This document shows, in pieces, positions 12,699-16,393 of a DNA stretch of 16,393 nt. The notes under the pieces were generated by a model. It saw only the letters and a program-made list of their open reading frames with translations. It had not been told where the DNA came from and searched no databases. A program made the position numbers and the translations under genes. This stretch comes from a virus. Positions within the stretch are counted from its first letter, which is position 1. Each line of letters opens with the position of its first letter. Where the stretch lies: IMG/VR virus record IMGVR_UViG_3300045988_045918, positions 1 to 16,393 of that record. One strand, given 5' to 3'.

Positions 12699-15600
12699 CG
12701 ACTACGACTACAAATTTTAAAAGCATTCAGTTGCTCAGACAGTGGTGTATGCTAACACTGCCAACGGTGTTTAATGACGCACTTAGTTACAACGAGCAGG
12801 TGTGCAAGCTGACCAAAGCCATTAACGATATGGCAAATACAATCAACGGCTTACCAGACTACATTATTGAGTTGGTAAAAGAGTTACTTAATCAGTTAAG
12901 TCTGGAGGAGATTGTTAAGGAAGTACTTGCAGACCTTTACTTCCTCAACGTAAAAAATCCTCCAAACAACATGGTAGCGGCTATGGGTGATGGGGTTACA
13001 GATGATACTGCCGCCATTCAGGCTATGATTGCCTATCTGAGTGGTAAAAGAGCGTATTTGTTCTTCCCTGCTGGTATTTACTCTGTTACTGGACTTAACG
13101 TGACGACTAACATGAGTTTGGTTGGTTTTGATAGATACCAGACCACGTTGCAGTTAAGGGCTGGTAGCAACAAAAACTTGCTCACTGGTGATTTAGGGGC
13201 TTGCACTATCAATGACATTACGTTGGATGCTAACATGCCTGGTCAGACACAAAATTGTAGTGTGTTTGATGGCAATGTTGGTAATATGCTAGTTAGCAAT
13301 GTTATCTTTAAAAACGGGTACAATGTATTTGGTGTTGATGTTAACGGATTAGTTCAGATGGACAATGTTATATTTGATAGTGTTCAGGGCAACGGGTTGA
13401 GTATTGGTGGAGACAGAGTTGTAGCAAATAATATAGAATTTGTAAATAACTCTCTAAATGCTAGTACACTGATTACTATCTCTGGAACAAACTGTATGTT
13501 GACTAACTTGCTCAATACATCAAACTGTAGCAAGGTATTAAACATTACTGGTAACAATAACGTAATTATGGGCGTTGCAAAAGGTACACAAACACCTTAT
13601 ACAGTTGGCGGCACTGATAACTTTGTAGACCTTATAACAACAGAAGGCCATGTGGTTATAGATGGTAATTATACGCATAACACAAATGGTGACGTTAGCA
13701 CAACATGCAACTCATCTACACAAAACATTAACACAAATAACACTGTACATGTTGATGGTAATGACTTATTGACAGCTAACAACTCAACTGAAACTATAAA
13801 CACAACCAAAGAAATAACCGCAAACGATATCTATTTAAATCCTACCAACCCGTTAAAATATGGAAGTGTAAAAGACTATAATAATTACTTTAAAGTCGTT
13901 GACATGAAAGACAAAAACGAAAACCCATATAACTTGCTCGTACCAGGCGCTGATATAGCGCAAATAGGAAATATAAATTCCTTGACAATTTCAGCAAGAA
14001 GGCTGGGTAGATGGCTAATACCGTTTGGAAATAATACAGCAGATAGGGGTGCAACGTTAGCTTTTTCTTATTCGCAAGGCAGTTATTTTATCGAAAGTAC
14101 CAATAGAATGTTGGTGGGTTTTATTCCATTTAACACAGATGATATAAGAAAAAATAACGACTGTATGATAAGAGAATATAGCATGGCTGACGGTGGCTTA
14201 ATTAGAGAAAAAGTCATTCCTTCAGGTGGTCATGTTAATGGTATGGGAATGGATGAAACTAATCAGATTGTATATGTCGCTCAAACACTAACTTATGATT
14301 CAGCAGGAGAAACCGTGGGTAGCAAGGTCATATTAGCTTTAGACTATGACACGCTTAATGTAATAAGAGTAATAACCGTTGATACTACATTAGCTACTTT
14401 CCTAAATTCTGTAAGTTATGATAATGATACTAACAAACTATATGCAATGTCCCCGAGTTATATATTTGAAATAAATAGTACTACTGGGGCTATTATTTCA
14501 ACTATTCCTTTAAGTAAACCAGACGGTCTAGATTCAGCAGAGTTGGGATATCAGGACGGCGCAATTAGAGGTGGGTTCATATATCAGCCAATTAGTGGCC
14601 CAGAAGGCTTAATCGTTTATGATATGACGGGCGCGTTAGTAAAAGTGTTTAACTTTCCTAACTATACGGACAATTTATATGCTTGGAGTGAAACAGAAGG
14701 AATAACCGTATTAAATAACGGTGACTTAATGATTAACTGCTGTACTCAGATTGACAATGCAAGCGAATATTGTTGTACTCAGGTATTCTATTGTAGTGAT
14801 ACTGTTGCAGTACTTGAGAAAAACTTGTATAGAGGTAGCCCTAATAAATTTAGCGTAACTTACCTTGATTTTGCATCCACTGCATTTAACCCAACTGGGT
14901 TAGAAAGTGCTCCATTTAAGATACCTGGTGAGTTGTTAATGAGTTTAAAGGCTAACACTTATGCGCCTCAGATTAGCGAAATTCGTGTTACCGCTGGAGA
15001 ATACCCAGCTATCAGATTGGATGGAATGAGCAATTTACATTTTGTCTGCAATGGTGCTTCGTTTAGTTCAATCATATGCACTAAGTGTTCTAATATTTAT
15101 TTTGCTAGTGCTGTAATTAAAAAGACTAATTTCTATGTAACGAACGCATTATATGTCAGTAGAGTAACAGGTCTAACGTTAGATAACTTATTGTGTACCA
15201 CGGCTGAATGGACTTATCCTGATACTTACGTTTTCTATATAGAAAAAAGTAGCTTCACATGGTTAGGTGGGGTTGGTTCAAGTGATTACATTAATCCTAA
15301 TACTTATGATACGGGTAAATTATTCTATCTAATTGACTATAGTTTAACCAATAACTCATCATTTCAAAATGTGTCTACTAGTTATCAGAAATTAATAAAT
15401 ACTGGATATACACTAGCTACTGGTTCGGCGGCACCTGGTTCTACGCTTAATTTTAACAGCGCTATTACTAATGGGTGGGTTACAGACCCAATAACTAAGT
15501 TCAGATATATTAATTTTGAAATTAGAACGGATGCAGGGGCACATTCACAGTGCCATAAATTTAGGATTAGTAACGGAAACAGTTATGTGGTTAGAATGTT

Positions 15601-15799
15601 AAATTTACCTGATTCTATTCCGGCAACTGGATTTATAGGGGCGCTGTATGAAATGTTCTTTACTGTAACAAGTACAGGGATAGAATTTACTAAATCAAAC
15701 AGAATTAATTTAACTACGACTGAGAATGGCAGTGTAAAAGCCGCTGTTGCTACTGATAGCGATAGTAGGTTAACGGCTGTAACACTGTGTGATATGTAA
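12695..15799 (+). CDS. Tailspike / pre-neck appendage-like receptor-binding protein (phi29 gp12 position) with a pectate-lyase-type beta-helix
   Basis: N-terminal LPTVFNDALSYNEQVCKL anchor-type motif. GDGVTDDTAAIQAMI...FPAGIYSV, followed by repeated N/G/V-rich rungs, is the hallmark of Pectate_lyase_3-type right-handed beta-helices. A central repeat-like region (VYVAQ.., LYAMSP.., IYQPISG..) suggests a beta-propeller. The TTG at 12695 has a GGAGGA RBS 8 nt upstream and a TTGA overlap with the gp11-like stop. The ATG at 12674 (track start) has no RBS. Confidence 0.8.
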   Translation: MTTTTTNFKSIQLLRQWCMLTLPTVFNDALSYNEQVCKLTKAINDMANTINGLPDYIIELVKELLNQLSLEEIVKEVLADLYFLNVKNPPNNMVAAMGDGVTDDTAAIQAMIAYLSGKRAYLFFPAGIYSVTGLNVTTNMSLVGFDRYQTTLQLRAGSNKNLLTGDLGACTINDITLDANMPGQTQNCSVFDGNVGNMLVSNVIFKNGYNVFGVDVNGLVQMDNVIFDSVQGNGLSIGGDRVVANNIEFVNNSLNASTLITISGTNCMLTNLLNTSNCSKVLNITGNNNVIMGVAKGTQTPYTVGGTDNFVDLITTEGHVVIDGNYTHNTNGDVSTTCNSSTQNINTNNTVHVDGNDLLTANNSTETINTTKEITANDIYLNPTNPLKYGSVKDYNNYFKVVDMKDKNENPYNLLVPGADIAQIGNINSLTISARRLGRWLIPFGNNTADRGATLAFSYSQGSYFIESTNRMLVGFIPFNTDDIRKNNDCMIREYSMADGGLIREKVIPSGGHVNGMGMDETNQIVYVAQTLTYDSAGETVGSKVILALDYDTLNVIRVITVDTTLATFLNSVSYDNDTNKLYAMSPSYIFEINSTTGAIISTIPLSKPDGLDSAELGYQDGAIRGGFIYQPISGPEGLIVYDMTGALVKVFNFPNYTDNLYAWSETEGITVLNNGDLMINCCTQIDNASEYCCTQVFYCSDTVAVLEKNLYRGSPNKFSVTYLDFASTAFNPTGLESAPFKIPGELLMSLKANTYAPQISEIRVTAGEYPAIRLDGMSNLHFVCNGASFSSIICTKCSNIYFASAVIKKTNFYVTNALYVSRVTGLTLDNLLCTTAEWTYPDTYVFYIEKSSFTWLGGVGSSDYINPNTYDTGKLFYLIDYSLTNNSSFQNVSTSYQKLINTGYTLATGSAAPGSTLNFNSAITNGWVTDPITKFRYINFEIRTDAGAHSQCHKFRISNGNSYVVRMLNLPDSIPATGFIGALYEMFFTVTSTGIEFTKSNRINLTTTENGSVKAAVATDSDSRLTAVTLCDM

Positions 15800-15813
15800 G
15801 GGAGGTTAATGTT

Positions 15814-15845
15814 AAGGGATAGGTTGTGATGGCCTATCCCTTTTT
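15814..15845 (+). terminator. Intrinsic terminator of the late operon
   Basis: AAGGGATAGG (15814-15823), 9-nt loop, CCTATCCCTT, running into TTTTT (15841-15845). It lies 15 nt after the tailspike stop. Confidence 0.85.
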
Positions 15846-15875
15846 AGTTGCGTTATAAAATCGCGATAACATTAT

Positions 15876-16202
15876 CTAACGTTCAAATTTTTGTACATTG
15901 CTTAAGGTTAAGGTGCCGGTTGGGGTACAATAACCGCATTTAATATGCAATATTGAGTTAGAAGTCCAATCACTATTAATGAGATATAAATCACGTAAGG
16001 CTACATTTGCGGTTTTCTTTATTTCTCTGGAATTTGGTTCAAGTTGCTTTAGTAATTCAATAGCGTGCAACGCACCACGCGCACGTCCGTCAAGGACTCC
16101 TTCGAGGTATTCGTCGTTGCTTGATTCTTCAAGGTGTGCCGAACGATGCATACAATCAGCGTAGTCATTCCTGAGTGCTTGGATAATCTGTTCCTTTGTC
16201 AT
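15876..16202 (-). CDS. Hypothetical early protein (108 aa), right-end ITR-encoded paralog of 192..581 with a short divergent C-terminus
   Basis: Same RBS, promoters and first 92 codons as the left copy, because these are ITR sequence. After the ITR boundary it reads TPTGTLTLSNVQKFER* instead of the 37-aa tail of the left copy. Confidence 0.7.
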   Translation of the reverse strand: MTKEQIIQALRNDYADCMHRSAHLEESSNDEYLEGVLDGRARGALHAIELLKQLEPNSREIKKTANVALRDLYLINSDWTSNSILHIKCGYCTPTGTLTLSNVQKFER

Positions 16203-16244
16203 AGTTTATTCCTCCTTGTTATTGTTTATGTTGTTTCTATATTT

Positions 16245-16273
16245 ATTATATATCTTAATTAGATGTAAGTCAA
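16245..16273 (-). promoter_or_regulatory. Right-end copy of ITR promoter P2 (reading inward)
   Basis: Mirror of 121..149. AGTCAA at 16268-16273 and ATTATA at 16245-16250 on the + strand give TTGACT-17-TATAAT on the minus strand. Confidence 0.8.
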
Positions 16274-16331
16274 GTACTTAAATGTGAACATTTTGTTAAC
16301 ATTAAATAAGGTGTTTTAGGGTATCAATTCT

Positions 16332-16360
16332 ATTATAACATATGGGCCACTTTTTGTCAA
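16332..16360 (-). promoter_or_regulatory. Right-end copy of ITR promoter P1 (reading inward)
   Basis: Mirror of 34..62. TGTCAA at 16355-16360 and ATTATA at 16332-16337 on the + strand give TTGACA-17-TATAAT on the minus strand. Confidence 0.8.
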
Positions 16361-16393
16361 GTATTATTTCTTAAGGTTTCGAGGGAGTTAAGG

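Larger units (their letters stand above)
15927..16393. repeat. Right inverted terminal repeat (ITR), 467 bp
   Basis: Exact reverse complement of 1..467. The window ends ...GGTTTCGAGGGAGTTAAGG, which mirrors the start CCTTAACTCCCTCGAAACC. Confidence 0.97.

Noticed and set aside
12290-13830. Considered whether the repetitive A/C-rich tracts could be tandem repeats or a CRISPR-like array
   Set aside because: There is no fixed period and no repeat-spacer organisation. Both tracts are in frame within long ORFs and translate to N/T-rich low-complexity protein.
1-16393. Searched by eye for tRNA genes, integrase/recombinase, CI/Cro-type repressors, transposase ends, and toxin-antitoxin or known defence/anti-defence signatures
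   Set aside because: None was recognisable. Every ORF over 60 aa with an RBS is accounted for by replication, lysis, morphogenesis or the unknown early genes, and the genome looks strictly lytic. The unknown early ORFs (192..581, 646..873, 15876..16202) could hide such functions, but I cannot support that from sequence.

Overview
The window looks like a complete 16,393-bp linear dsDNA genome of a small phi29-like (Picovirinae/Salasmaviridae-type) podophage. Expression signals are Firmicutes-style: AAGGAGG ribosome-binding sites and TTGACA-17-TATAAT promoters. Both ends carry a perfect 467-bp inverted terminal repeat (ITR), checked base by base. Each ITR holds two consensus promoters reading inward plus the RBS and first 92 codons of an early gene.

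Left arm (+ strand): two unknown early genes, then a phi29-like replication module in phi29 order. This is a p6-like dsDNA-binding protein, a p5-like SSB, a 47-aa Cys-rich ORF that is not in the ORF track, a candidate terminal protein, and a protein-primed family-B DNA polymerase with all phi29 motifs. A strong terminator follows.

The gp16-like packaging ATPase sits alone on the minus strand. It is separated from the rightward late operon by two overlapping back-to-back consensus promoters.

Late operon (+ strand): BhlA/UviB-like holin, GH25 muramidase, a two-domain Cys-peptidase/tail-lysozyme hydrolase, an acidic scaffold-like protein, and a gp8-like major capsid protein with a BIG2 domain. 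Then come the gp9-like tail knob, gp10-like portal, gp11-like lower collar, a 1,034-aa beta-helix tailspike and a terminator.

Points worth a second look: the ITR boundary lies inside a gene, giving two paralogs with different C-termini. The major capsid gene is split by a +1 frame change near 8450-8467. The ATPase is inverted and promoter-isolated. There are structured non-coding regions at 874-1008 and 4486-4646. Composition is strongly mosaic, with the capsid and lysin regions roughly 50% or more GC and the distal tailspike about 30%. No integrase, repressor, tRNA or CRISPR array was seen. All homology statements rest on my recollection of phi29-family sequences and motifs, not on a database search.
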